This document shows, in pieces, positions 1-14,054 of a stretch of 64,000 bases of DNA. The stretch comes from Mizuhopecten yessoensis. Its lineage: Eukaryota. Positions within the stretch are counted from its first letter, which is position 1. Each line of letters opens with the position of its first letter. Where the stretch lies: positions 1,134,123 through 1,198,122 of the forward strand of contig NW_018407191.1 in assembly GCF_002113885.1 (NCBI RefSeq), given 5' to 3'. The notes below the pieces were generated by a model, which saw only the letters and a list, made by a program, of their open reading frames with translations, did no database searches and was not told the origin of the DNA. The position numbers and the translations under genes are program-made.

Positions 1-3000
1 AAGAGTATTTACTTACATAAATTGTATTAAAGTTTTTAGATATTGAATTAAAATATTGTTAACTTTGTGCTTAAAACGGATATCTGATCTTATGGTCAGG
101 GTTCGTCACTCCTTTGAAATTAACACAGCTGTATTTATTCGTGCCTGTCATGGAACACAAGCATATAAACACGTGAATAGTATTGACAATTGCATGTATA
201 TTGCGAGTATGGGAGAAAAATAATCAAGCATGGGTGTCGTCCGTGGACAGGGAAATCTCAACCTTAGAGTAAGAGTTTGGCTGTCAAACAATTGACTATC
301 TTATTAGTCATTTTGGTGATACAATATCATCGATCGATCTTTAGTCAAAAAATCCCTCGCCGTCAACTTTTACAGTAGGTAGTATTATATTGTATTTATG
401 GTCAGCGCAACATTGGATAATCAATGACATATCGAAACTCTGTTTCAAACATTCTTAAACCATTTTTAGTAACCTTGATTCTTTTTTTGTGCTTAGGTAT
501 TTCAAATCAAATCATTTGTGATGATTCGGTCGAAATTCAAACCAGCCCAGTTTAAAAAAAAATACTCAAACGAAATCTCCTCACTATTTATGCTCATCAG
601 ACTTATCGAACAATAGTCTATCATGATATCTGTAAAGATTGTAAATTGTTAACTTTTTTGGACTACCGCGAGTTATGCCCCCTTGCTAGCACAACTTAAG
701 TTCAACGGAAGTGAACTTTCATCAAACTTAAAGCGCTATGGCTGCTGGCGCTTATATTATAGCATGAACGAATTTTGATGGGTAATAAAGTGAGGGTTTT
801 TTTGGGGGGGGGGGTTCTGGAGCCTGAGTCCAGGTTCTTGTACTTACTAGAATCACTGCTTTCAGATGGTATTACGCGTTTTATGTGAAATTTTCCTGTG
901 AAATTTCCCCGTAATTTTAATGACACTGACGTTGTTATCCCCAGATTAAGATAGATTTTGCTATGCCTGGCATTTGGTATAGCATGGTATTATAAACAAA
1001 TAAATGAAACCGTGCTAAAAGGCCATATACTGTTCAATGATGTTTTACAATAAATTGAATTTTCAATCTCATGTCAAAATATTTGCCAAGAAATGTAATG
1101 GAATTCATTTGCATCAGAATATACGACCAACCTTTTGTTATTTGCAATCTAAAAGTTAACTTGATTGATTGAATATATTTCAATGACTCAAGACCTGCAT
1201 ACGAAGGTATATACACACACCTCGTGTGCATTGCATTATTTGAACGTTGCAGTCTATAACTCCACGGTTAGACATCAAAATCGACTAGTGGTTTCTCCGC
1301 ACAGTAACCTGAGGGTGATCTGATATTTTGATGTTTTCGGTTTTCTTTCCCATTGGGATTGCATAAACAACATAATTTTGTTGCATTGCCACAATGTTTT
1401 CAACTAAAAAACAAGCAAGAGAAACCAAACGACAACGATACCGTAACTCGAACTAAAAATGGATAAAAACTAGGGCAAAATATGTACTAAGGAATGGTTT
1501 ACATAGACATCATTGAAAAAAGTACAAGGATAACAGGATAACAAGACCATGTGTTACGGAGGTGCGAGCGTCTGTTGCATCATTGACAACATCCACCATG
1601 TCGATCTGCATCCAAATGACGTGTTATCACGTCCTCAGCGCGAGAACTGGGGTAGTGACGACGAAACAACATGGCAGACTAATGAGCATATTACACAGGC
1701 AGATAGACTGTTTTCCAATGAGATCATGCTGGCAACCAGTAAAAAATCCCCACAATCTCCATTAACCTACATCTTTCGAAACACCGTGTTGTAAGCTTCT
1801 CTGTCAGCACTTTATGTATCACGTCTTGTATTTTGATGATACAAAGGGGGTTGGCGATATATCAAGGGTGACATTGTCAAAAAGTGGAAAGAGGACTTAA
1901 ACATATGTGTGAGGTTGACGAAGTGAAATGTAAAACTTCCATGTCACTGTTCCTTGAACAAGAGGATATGAAATATACACGCTATGAACCATTTTATGAA
2001 ATTATCACAATCCACCTCGGGAAATATAACCTTATCCGGGTTGCTAAATAATTAGATTGACCTTAGCGCATGGTAATAATTGTTTTATTATATTACACTT
2101 GACAAAAAATATTAATTACTAAATACTCAGTCTGTGTCCTTTGAACAATACGGACGTTTCTGAGGGGAAAACAGAAGCGAACATTATTCTGATTCCACTT
2201 GAAGAGGCAGACGTTCTAATTCATTTAAGTTATACTCATTGGGAACATTATGGAAGTCCCATGGAAACTGTTTGTGCTGTTTAGGGTACGTACGCATGCG
2301 GATATAATATAATAGCAACATACAGGTGTCCCGAGGTCGATATATGACATTATGTAAGCAAAGCAGGTCTTAGCCAATCAGATTGCAGGAAATGTGCAAG
2401 TCATGTAAACGTATTGTCATATACATTTACTACATAAATACACATCAGCTTTACATGAAGTATGAAATCAGCATCATCCAATCAAAAGTGGGCCAAAACA
2501 ATCATAAATTATAATCAAAGTGAAGGATTTTTTTATAACTGGCTGTCAAAACTGAAAAAGAACATTTTCTCAGATAACAAATTGAATGCAAGTTTCACTG
2601 GTTATATCAACATGCAGGAAATCAATGAGAGTTCAAAAATCTTCTGAAAATGACGTCATTTAGTGACGACTCCAAATAACAAATCCCGTGACAGCAAAAT
2701 ATCTTATAGTAAGTACAATAAGCACTTTCTCGGTATTTGGTTTATGTTTATGAAAAACAGGGCAGTGTGAGGCGAGGACCATCACATAATATCATATTCG
2801 ATTAAAATATAGTTGTTACGTGATAAATACACAAGTCAACAAAATCACTGTTTAAAACAAAGAATTTCTTTAAACTAATGAAGATTAAATTTCATTTTTA
2901 CTTTAACGAAGTACTTATTTTATATAGTGTATCGTTTTCCTTTTAAATAGGGGATATCTTGAGGACATCCCCCTCCCCTCACCACAGAATACTGGAAATG

Positions 3001-4148
3001 GAAATACTTTCAAGTAAAATTTAAATGTGTTAAACAGTACAGTTAAACTCTAACTGATTTTAAACGTGTATTTGATACCAACTGTCTATGGACGCCCATA
3101 TAATCCAATACAATCTTATCTCCGTTCCTGATTTGCTATTTCAGAAATGTGTTTCGTCAGTTTTTTGGCAAAAATAGTATTTTCACAAGCTTCATAGCCT
3201 TATCGCTTCACGTTGTTATCAATAATAACGGAATTATTAAACCAAAGTCCTTTGAGTATTGCAGTACGCTGTAAATGTATATGATGAAAAACAGGTATTT
3301 CAGGAAAGGGTATAATAAATAATTGAAATTTCAAATATAACTATAAAGTGTAAATCATTCTTTTAGAACGATCACATTTGAAATATATACCATATTGTGT
3401 ATCACATGCTTTATATGGGGAATTTCGATCAACGTCAAATGCATAATTCGTATACTATCAATTGAAGTGATCAAGAGAAATTCGTCTTGATTGATATTTA
3501 TTTTTATTTCTATGGCAGTTATTTATTTTTATATGTTATTTTCTTTTTCTGATTTTTTTTTTTTTTTTTTTTTGGGGGGGGGGGGGTCATCATTTCTTTG
3601 GGGTTTTTTTATCAAATATCAGGAAAATCTATCATTTCATACGTGTTTAATCGACGAAGTAGGCAACGTACTATTGACGAAAATATCTACAGCCTTCACG
3701 ATTGGTGTAACAGGTCATCACATATTGAGTTTGCTTCTGTTCTATAACGAGTTCCCCCAGACAATTGTTACGACCCCAGCATAAGGAGAAAGTAAAACCG
3801 ATTTAGTAATACTAGTACTACGACATGTTCTATAATAGCTTAAATATCGCCATAAAATCATATAAAATTACACCGAGTTAGTCTAAATACATTTGTTACC
3901 AAGGATATATCTGGTAACAGACAAAAAGGTCATCTGTTCTGACGTATACAGGTATATAATTTGATTTAATGTAGATTGTATCAGTCCAGATCAGCCGGGT
4001 TCAGCTGTGTGTCGTTATATGTAAGGCTGGTGATACAGCTATCATTTACATGGTTATTTATTTATTCTGCTTGTATACTACAAAGCTCTGTCGATTAGGG
4101 TGTATTTTATTGCAGAGTACCTCATATGCTAAGATATATTTATGATGT

Positions 4149-4327
4149 TTGTTTGGGTCTTACGTCCTATCAACAGCAATGGTCATTTAAGGAGTTGCCA
4201 GGTTTAGGTGGTTGAGGAAAGCCGGAGTGCCCGGAGAAAACCTCAGACCAGTGGCCTGTCCTGTGGTGGAGGGCTAGTGGTAGCAGAATGTCAGACGCCT
4301 TAACCATTCGGCCATCGCGGCCCCTTC
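4149..4327 (-). mobile_element. tRNA-derived SINE (V-domain-like), internally deleted
   Basis: Homologous to 15877-16100; flanked by TATTTATGATGT at 4137-4148 and 4328-4339. Confidence 0.8.
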
Positions 4328-6483
4328 TATTTATGATGTACCTATAGCTCAAACAATAATTGCATTATGAATCTGACATGTTTAATTATCAACTATGTAC
4401 CAAAGTCAAACGTTAACATTATACATTGTTTCTCACATTAAGAAATATCTTTAAACTTCAACTCCCATACAAAGATTTATGATGTACCAAATAAAACATT
4501 AACACCAAATTAATTTAATTTCAGCTAATTTTTCATGTTATATCATTATAAAAGTATAACATTAGTCCGACAAGCTTTTGGTGTGACGAGGCTTTGCCGA
4601 TTGCTAAATTTCAAAAATCTTGCCCTTTAATTTTTCTTGTCTACACCGACAAGAATGAGCATTTTTTCCCACATCTTCTAATTTAAAACCATATTGTGAT
4701 GGTAAACCCAGTGCATTGCGCTAACATCATGTGTGACAAAATGATTACGTTTTCCTGGTTTCGCTGCATAAAGTGATGACGCGATGGTGACGTATCAGAA
4801 TAATTGCGCGTGAGAACACAAGTGCAGTGTGGAAGTAAAATATCATTTTTCACACAATTGGGAGTGAGATAGGACAATCTCAATATGAGGGAGGACTTTT
4901 CGAGTGGTTTGTAACTTAAGCATCTTTCCCCCGAGTGTTGAGATTCCCAATCTCACCTCAATGGGGTAAATGGTTCATTTTCTTTTTCCCTGTTTGAGGA
5001 AATAATAATTTGAGTTAATATACGTTTAAAAACGATGTCAATAAATTTAAGAAGAAAGTAAGTGTAGCAATCTAAAATTTGTGATTTTTTTACCATTAAA
5101 TGTGAATGATAAAATCATCCTCTCCCAACAACTATACACGTTGTCCTTCTTCTTCACAAAAAAAGTCTTTAGCACCCGACAATATTTCGTTTTCAATGCA
5201 TTTCATTCTGTTAATTTGGCTAAACCATCAATACTCCTATCGGGTTTACAGTCCTGTACATAAAAGTGTGTACCGTATCGATTACCGGTATGTTCAACGC
5301 AGTGTTGAGGTGATTACGCCCGTGGTATCTAACTTTCAAATTACATTCAGATAAACACGAAACTAATTAACCATCACATCACGTTTAAAATCTTAATATA
5401 TCTTTTTAATTTATATTTTGTTTATGAATAACATGCAACAATCTAAATTAAAATTTATGGATTTTCCAAATTTTAACGATGTATTTGAAGAATCTTCATA
5501 AAATTTAATTACACCTTTATCGGATACTCAACCGTTGTGATGGTAATTTGGAAATGATTTAAAAGATAGCTGATATCGCGACGTTAGCTAGAGACCAGTG
5601 GATAGCATTGTGTCAGCTTAACCATTATAGACACACACACAAAAGAAAGAAAGAAAGAGAAAAACCTAAACTTAAAGAAGATAAATTCTACACCAAAAGA
5701 ATTATATGCAATATTCTTCATTATACAGAATCTTAGAACGGGTAAATATTTAAATGATCTTATTCGTTGTCATGAGATGATATATGTTAATTCAAATATC
5801 ATAACAAAATATTCTCGTATGTTATATAAAGCTGACCAAGCTTTAGACAACACTAAGATACTTGACAATGAAATAAAAGTCGCTATTGACGTGTTCTGTT
5901 TTAATTTCCAGTTGTTCCACCAAGTACCATCAAACTACATGTAATAGGACACGGTACATAGCTGCAACTCGCCAGAGTCTCTTTAGGACAGTATACTTCC
6001 AACTAAACAGTATAAAAACATACATATACTATTATGACCAATTACATTGGGCTCGGTCTTAAAATCTTATTATAGTTTCTGGAGAGAAAATCATGACTGT
6101 TTCCAACGTATCTCCTCAATAAGTAATCCATTGGATGTAAATTAAATGCGATTATGTAATTATTTAAGAATTAAGAATAAAAAGTAAAGTGATATGTTTT
6201 GCAGCTTCTTTGTCAAAATACAGTAAAGTTTTTAATTTTAGGTGGTTCAGTATCTTCAGAATTTTCGAGGTTTCATTATTAGTTCTTTAATCCGTCAAAA
6301 ATTATATCACATGACTTTTTTTATTGTAAATCATTCCATCTTAGTGTTGCACAATTAACCATGGCTTACAAAGCAGAATCTGTGAAAATTTGATCCTGTG
6401 AAATTGACTGTTTAAGTGAATCCGCAAAAATTAGAACACTTTTACATTGTAAATAATAGATAATTTCAAAAAGGGTGGAAAAG

Positions 6484-6524
<41 letters not shown>

Positions 6525-6536
6525 AAAAAAGGGGGG

Positions 6537-6569
<33 letters not shown>

Positions 6570-6769
6570 GAACAAAATTTAATGTAACTCTATGTCCCAA
6601 TATTTCGGCCTCCTGACCTTCTTCAAGGTCGAAAGTCAATGTTACTTTCAAGTAACGTCCATCTTTCTTCTTCGGAGGTAGAGGAAGTTTGAACACTTTC
6701 ACATTACTTACCAGTGTTTGATGTACAATGCACTCCTCATGCAAACATGGTGATGGTTTTTGCAATTAA

Positions 6770-7881
6770 TATATAGCCTAGCGCTTTATACATGGCTCAA
6801 AACAATGTTTATCAAAGACCTAAGTATAACAATATTGGATTCAGATGGGTTACATTCAACCCTTACCGGTACTACAGACTGTCAAGGAACATCAAAACTA
6901 GCTTATAATTCATAACATATCTTCATATACAGAAAAGGTAACAAATGTTAACGTGAAAAACAGTTGTTCATTGGACATTACAACTCCATGTAAAGTGGAG
7001 TCTCTACACACTGGTAAATGTAATATGTAAGTTTAATGTCCACCCGTTCAACCCATATATCAAATAAATTGACCATATACACCTACATCAACCTGATTAT
7101 AATACATATCTTCATTACTCATAGCGGAACGTTATTGAAGACATGTACTTTAATCCTATTAAACGGAACGGAACGACTTAATTGGGTATCTAACCTCGCC
7201 TGTGAGTAAAGGAACGTGACAAGAAGATATTAAAACACAAACACTTTAAACTACCTGGAGAAATATCTGAGAAATAATCTCGATCAAAGTACTGCACTAC
7301 ATACTCCTAACGAAACGACCTATTGAATCAACCCGCAGTAGAAATACAATCAAAAAATAATACTACAAACGTAACTGCCATTGCTTATATGCCGACCAAA
7401 TGGGGAAACAAACAGACTATAAAGTTTTCAGAGACAAATTATAAGACTCAGCATCAAACATGGTAATACAAAACTGAATCTACAGATGACAAACATGTTG
7501 AGGTTGTGTATGACTCTACAGCTTACATCGACAAAACCGCCTCTGTCACATTCATTCCACAGGGACGCAGTGACGCAATGGAACAGTATGAAAGTATACA
7601 AAAACATAATTAGAAGAAAAAAACGCGATCTAACACTATTTCTATCCGATGCCAATCCTTCACTAAATCATTACGAAAAGATTCTTGTAACACAACCAAT
7701 AAGTGTTTCTATGTGACGTTTCGATGACTAGTACGGAAAGTACTCTGTCACCTTCATCAGACAAATGACCAGTGAAGCGTATAGCCACAGAGTTGTAACG
7801 GTGTGCATACGCGTCACTGGTCATTTGTCTGATGCAGGTTACAGAGTTCATACCGTACTAGTCATCGAAACGTCACATAGA
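6770..7881 (+). mobile_element. Highly decayed Penelope-like retroelement remnant with inverted terminal repeat
   Basis: Faint RT-like traces (e.g. YLHYS near 7105) and a terminal inverted repeat with hammerhead-like CTGATGA...GAAACGTC. No intact ORF; left boundary approximate. Confidence 0.45.
7708..7772 (-). ncRNA. Minimal type I hammerhead ribozyme-like motif (Penelope-associated type)
   Basis: Minus strand: TGT CTGATGA A GGTGAC-AG-AGTAC-TTTCC-GTACT-A-GTCATC GAAACGTC ACA. Core, stem II, palindromic ACGT stem III and GTC cleavage triplet present. Mirror copy on + at ~7817-7881 has CTGATGC. Confidence 0.6.
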
Positions 7882-10800
7882 TCATTTATTGTCTAAATCA
7901 TAGGGTCTCATATGAGTAGGTATAATGCAATCAATTGTACTGATAATTGCCTTCATATTTGCGCTTTTCGTGGTAGGTGAAAACAGTATAATACTTCCTT
8001 TAAACTTTCTCTATTATCATATAAAGGGTACGATCTTAGGATTACAGAACGAAAATAAAAAACTTTTGTTCGGGAACCAATTTAATCGAACACAAAACAC
8101 ATGCGAGTATGTATACTGTTCCAAAATAAGCATAGCTGGTCAAGTTAGCAATGCACGGATTTCACTTTGCTGAATCAGACGCAAAAATAATACAATTAAG
8201 CCCGTTTTACAGTTGGTGTTCTTTTTAGTGTCTGGTGAAGCATCTTAAACGGAAATTTAACAGACCATCATCGCTCTGTATCTCGTCATAAGAACCAGTA
8301 AGCATCCACGGTGTACTTTCTTTGAATATAAGCCCTGTACACTGATCGTGAGTAACACAAAATGACAATATCGACATTTGCAACATGAACATAGCATGTC
8401 TGTATGTTAGCCACACTGCGGAGGCTGTTCTACGCGTCCCTGAACAAACCCCGAGGGGCTCACGCTAGTCTTGAGTTGTGGTCCGGAAACATGCTCGGCA
8501 TGTCGTTTCGTATATTAATATTTCTGCCGATAAAAGCATAAGTGTGAATTGTTTAGTTAATTGAATACTCTATCCGGTATCACGAGATTTGTTCTACAAT
8601 AATCTATTTTCCACGGCTTTCATGACCAGAAACAATAACATGGCTCTCGGTTTTTCATGAATGTCGTAAACCATTAACATGCCGCGTTCTAGTAACACTG
8701 GCGGCACACAGTGTTGTGTAATACACAAGAAACAATAGTTGGTGGAGGGTTAAACTAACACCACCAAATGCCTGTATTATAGATTGTGAAGCGTCAAGTG
8801 TTTCGATTTAACTCAAATCTTCATAACCATTTGCATTAAATACATATTCAAGTACGAATTACGCAACAGCTAATAATTATAACATATTTACAAGTATTTA
8901 AGGCATGTTGTCAAATTAGCAAATTGAATATCAAATGCTGAATTTGAAATGTTGTTTCAATAGAAACCGGAAGACGTATGATGCAATATGAAAAAAAATG
9001 CACATTTACTAACGTAATGCTCTCTACTTGGTGTACAAAAACAGTATTTCCAAAACTTTATACAGTCGAAAACCTGATAATCTAGCTCTTCAGACACTTT
9101 TGGTGGTAATTCTTCTTTTTTATTCAAAATTGAGACAGTTATCGACCCTTTTCACTATATGGCCCTTTAGGGACACTGAATCAATTGAAAATAAACAGAG
9201 GTGTTTTCAGTTTCGCCTAAGGCCATTCTGATGTTTATATTTAAACATATTGAAAAAAAAAGAGGGAAAATCTTATACCAAATGTCTCTTGATAGAACTT
9301 GGACAAACATCCTCCTGCTGTTGTATTTTTTTTGTTTTTTTTGTTTTTTTTTAAATTTTATACAATGTCATGTAGTTACGTTTTAGTAAATATTGTTATA
9401 GTCTAATAACCCACATTCCTATTGCTGACAAACTTACGCAAAGCCCTGTCGGGCTTTATTAAGTTTGTCACTTTACGGGGTAAAGGACCATAACAACATT
9501 TGCCAAAACATTGTCTGAGGTATTAAGATATTTGGACTTAAACAACCTACCGAAGACCTGTGAAGAATCATTTACTTCATTATCAATATTTTAGACAATG
9601 TGTGCAAACAAGGAGAAGATTTTGATCAATATATATTTATTTTTGTTTATTTTATTTTTTTGTGAATTATAAAAGACTCGATAAGAGCTGTTCGACCTTT
9701 ACAAGCGTACGTCGGAGACGTTGTCTCGTGAACAGACACATATGTATGAGAGAGCATTTGCATCTACAGACTTGAGTGATATAAAATAAGAAAAACAATC
9801 AGAAAATCAGAATATCGCCGATTAAATTTTAATCTCAAAATGTCAATGATCTCCTTACTATGACGCGTCTCAAAGTCACGATAATTATGTACGAACTTGA
9901 CGATTATAAAGAGACGTTCTGAGTATTTCTTAGATTTTTCAGTGATATGGGGAATCGAACTGTGACCAGTTCGGAAAAAAACCGAATATGATAACTAGAA
10001 CGCGATTATATACGAGTGGAACAGCCAGAGTAGAAGGGCGGATTTAAAAGAAATTATTAGAGACATTTCTGACAATAATAGCCACCATGGTATAACCACG
10101 ATTGTGGCTATCATGTTCAGGTATGGGAGTCCTGAGAATAAAACGAAAGCCTATCTTTAACTGCAGAAACACCCTTCTCCATACCGCAGAACATCATCTA
10201 CTCATTTCAGAGCGCCTAGATGCCAAATCGATACTAAACCGTTTTTCTGTAGGGTTTGGTTTTTCCTCACATATGTAATGCTAACCATGTTCGGTCTGTT
10301 TTGATTCCATTTGACGAGTTAAGTATCGCCTCTATGACATAAGTCTTGGACACATGGCCTGCAATCGCCGGAACCTTTACACCATTTACCAGTCCCGGAT
10401 TGGAGTGTATGAGCATTTCATAGCCTTGCATGCAACATAAAGGAAGCTCCGGTCAGTGTCTTACGTCGTTGTCTCTTTCTGTTATCCCGCTTAACAATGA
10501 TTCTACTAGCAAAGGTACAGCGGGCCTAAAGATTGAATTGTAGCATGTCATTATTGCTATTTATTGCTATTTTCGGGCACCATTACTTCACAGCGAGGCC
10601 GTCGCTTCACCATACGTCTTAGTTATGTTACGAAGTAACATGTCCTGTGGCAAACACAAGTCGTATATCTGTTTGTAAGGCATGTGTCTGTGTATATCAC
10701 TTAAACAGGGTATGTTAGATTCAATTGCTGTCATAAATACGTGGTTATCGGTGTTGGAAACTGTTTTATCATCATGAAATTGCAAAATGAAATGGGAAAA

Positions 10801-12450
10801 TTGACTTGCTAGATCAATTTATCATAGATATATCTATTTTTTTCTAGTTGGAATTGCCGTTGACATGTGCAGAGAAAAATGCTTCCTGGAAACCAGCTCC
10901 CATGCATGACATCACCAGGAGAATATATACCAACTCGTGTACTGTCGTATACATTCTTAACTTTTTGAGTGGATCATAGTGGGGAAAAAACACCAAAGGG
11001 TTAACTGACAAATAAGAAAAACACTCGAAGTCAAAGACAACAGCAAAAAATGAAGAAAGGTGTTAAACACAAAATGCATCTTAAACATTCACACACACGA
11101 AAAACAAATAAAATACAGAAGCGAAATCGTATGTGTGTTTCAGACGATTTAATGTGGCACCTGTCTAGATGTCACCAGTCAATTATAAGGAATTATGTAC
11201 GTCACCAACGTCTTTTAACACTTTAAATAGGTCTCTATTCGTGGTAGGCATTGTATATATATTGTGAGACTTATGAACATCCTAACAAATCGCTTGCATT
11301 TAAAGTGACCTCTCAGATAGGAAAAGAAATTAGTTAAGTGGTTTTTGTACTTTACCCAAGTTAAATTCTGATTCTTGAAATATTTTATGATAATCGAATC
11401 AAATGTGTCAAGTAAACTCTATCAACAGGGGAGGTACGTATGTTGATATTATCTGAATGGGAAATAGTATATTTATTAAGACAAATAATGTTGTTGATCA
11501 ACAAAAATTTAGTTCCATATTGCAAACACCGCTAAGGAAACTGGGACACCGAAATCTATTCTTACATTAAGAATGAATTTGAGCCTTATGTATAACACAT
11601 ACTAAACTACAATGATGGATGCAGATATAGTCGATCATAATCCTCAAAATTCCAAACTTTCTATGATATTGTACCATGACTAATCAAATAAGGATTTTTT
11701 CTTAAATATAAATGTGCTGATTTGAATGCGTTAAAAGGAGATTTGAAACTTACGAACAGCATAATATTGTTGTTTACAAAACTTGTTTTGCCTAAACAAC
11801 GAAATCACAGTTCGACATGATATTAAGAATTCAAACTTATCACAGTTGATACATTTATCTACAGCCGAATAGTAAGAACGAATTATTGAACACCTCAAAA
11901 ATTGAAAGAACAAGTGTATCGACTAAGAATCGGGACCTCTGATTCATTAGTCTTAACATTCTACCTTATGAGCTGAAATGACATTCTACCTAGCATTTCA
12001 TTATTTTCAGAGTCCCTATGTTTAAGTGTATGCCTTCCAATGACAATGTTTCCAAAACAAATCTGACCCGGTATTTCTGGTTTACTATGCTAACATTCTA
12101 ATAATATAATATACAACATTTGATATAGCGCCCTATCTAGATCTAGCTAAAATGAGTCACTCTAAAGCGCTTTGTAGTGGAAAGATATACAATTAATAAA
12201 ACTAGCATATACAATTAGCATATACATTAATCAATACAGTTTTTGAGGAATGCGGAGGAGCTGTCTTATCAAGCTCTAACTACTAGTCATATGCCACCTG
12301 GCTAATATCTTCCTATATGTTGTGCCTGCGTGTATGCTGGAGATGTAATTGCCTAATTAGCTGAAAAGAAAAACGCATGCCAGGAAACAACAAACATTGT
12401 CAGTTAGCAAATATGATAAAAGAACTGCTATTTCAAAATTTAGTCAGTCA

Positions 12451-12607
12451 TTTGGTTTGGTTTGTTTATGTTTTACGTCCTATTAACAGCTATGGTCATT
12501 TAAGGACGTGCCAGGTTTTGGTGGTGGAGGAAAGCCGGAGTTCCCAGAGAAAACCCACCTACCAGCGGCCATTACCTGCCGACTGCCTCACGTAGGACTC
12601 GAACACG
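12451..12607 (-). mobile_element. 5'-truncated SINE of the same family
   Basis: TTTGGTTTGG tail, TTTTACGTCCTATTAACAGC..GGTCATTTAAGGACGTGCCAGG, GGAAAGCCGGAG. Confidence 0.8.
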
Positions 12608-13923
12608 AGATACCAGAAAATGCAGAAAGTCAAAAACATACTTTTTTACTGTATCATATGTTGTTTTTTCATTCTTTTATTACTCATTAGATGTACTAAA
12701 GAAAAGACATGAAAATACATGTCTAATGTGTTTCAAAATATGTGAAGACATATAGCAAATTTATAAAAGTACCTATAAAACCCTTAATAACCTTGCAACT
12801 TTACAACTGTAACCGATAATTATAAACAGTTAACAACAAGCCCGACATGACAGGAAAACAGTGAATAGTTAAGTGAACAACACAAAGACTAATTAGTTGA
12901 AAAGAAAAAAATCCCTGTTACAACATAATGACAGTTGTATGTCACGTCTCCATATTTAACACAGTGTTTATATCCCCATAAATACATTTGTAATGTTTCA
13001 CACACAACATCGGGTGTTGGTAACTCAATTTAATTGTGTCAAAATCACCCGTGGTAGAAAAGTGATCGACAACACGACAGACATTAAGTTTGTCATCCTC
13101 TCGCAGATTGTCTGTATACTCATCTCTGGCCGAGAACACAGCTGATCTGACAGGTGCCAGCTTCCGGTCTCGTTTGTGTGTCCTCTGAGAATATCTGTCA
13201 GGAATGCGATGCCTGGTATACACACAGACACTTAGCTACTGTCAGTGACAGTCTGGCGAAATTTCAGTCGTAGAATGTGCCATTCGTTTGTTCAAAGTTA
13301 AAAGTGCGAATTTAGACGTTTTCCTTCTCACAATTCAATATGAACATTTGGCACTGGAGAATGTCAATTGCTACAAATAAAAGCAATTGGCATTAAGCAT
13401 TAAATGCTGGCATACAAAACGAACACACAGAGGTGAATAAAACCATCCAACATCGTCGGTAAATTGCATAACGGTATAAGAGAGAAACAGTGTTGTCGGT
13501 TAAGGACAAGAATCAGAGGACACACGACATTTTACACACGTGACATATTGTAGCAAATATTATCAGTAAACAATAACCATGCGCAGATATACATACACAT
13601 GTCAGAAAACACAAGCATTGATACTAAACAACACATATTTTCAATAAACCTAGTAAACATCAAAGGTCAGAAATCTCGTAACTACAAATTTAAATTAAAC
13701 TATCAATGGAAATCACCCACAGATAACAAAACAGTATCAGTACAAACAATAGGAACGACAACCATTAACATCGAGCGACTAAAAACATGACACCAAACAA
13801 CAAACATTGTCAGTTTGAAACATAAATAATCACCAGAAATATGATGTGAAGAAGCAGCTATTTCAAAATTTAAGAAGTCAGTGTAGAAAGCCGAAAACAT
13901 ATTTTTCCATGGCACCATTGGTT

Positions 13924-14017
13924 ATATCGTCCTTTTAGGACTCGTCATATCGTCCTTTTAGGACTCGTCACATCGTCCTGTTAGGACTCGCCATATCGTC
14001 ATTTAAGGACTCATCAG
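13924..14017 (-). repeat. 23-bp tandem repeat (4 copies) resembling hammerhead core/stem II
   Basis: Unit ATATCGTCCTTTTAGGACTCGTC; minus strand reads TGA(C/T)GA-GTCC-TAAAA-GGAC-GATA. Confidence 0.75.
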
Positions 14018-14054
14018 TTGATGAATAGTTCAATAAACAGTAACATATGGTAAG

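Noticed and set aside
6487-6567. Long A/G homopolymer runs (also 3553-3587; single N at 62854)
   Set aside because: Low-complexity or low-quality consensus; Phe-rich ORFs are meaningless.
8790-8830. Further hammerhead-like motif on the minus strand (GTTATGAA-GATTT..AAATC-GAAAC)
   Set aside because: Core too degenerate and no convincing stems I/III.
9650-10790. Possible decayed retroelement coding sequence
   Set aside because: No motif identifiable by eye; needs a translated search.
12942-13260. GC-richer patch with short ORFs and TGACAG motifs
   Set aside because: No recognisable protein or splice pattern; enhancer role not supportable without conservation data.
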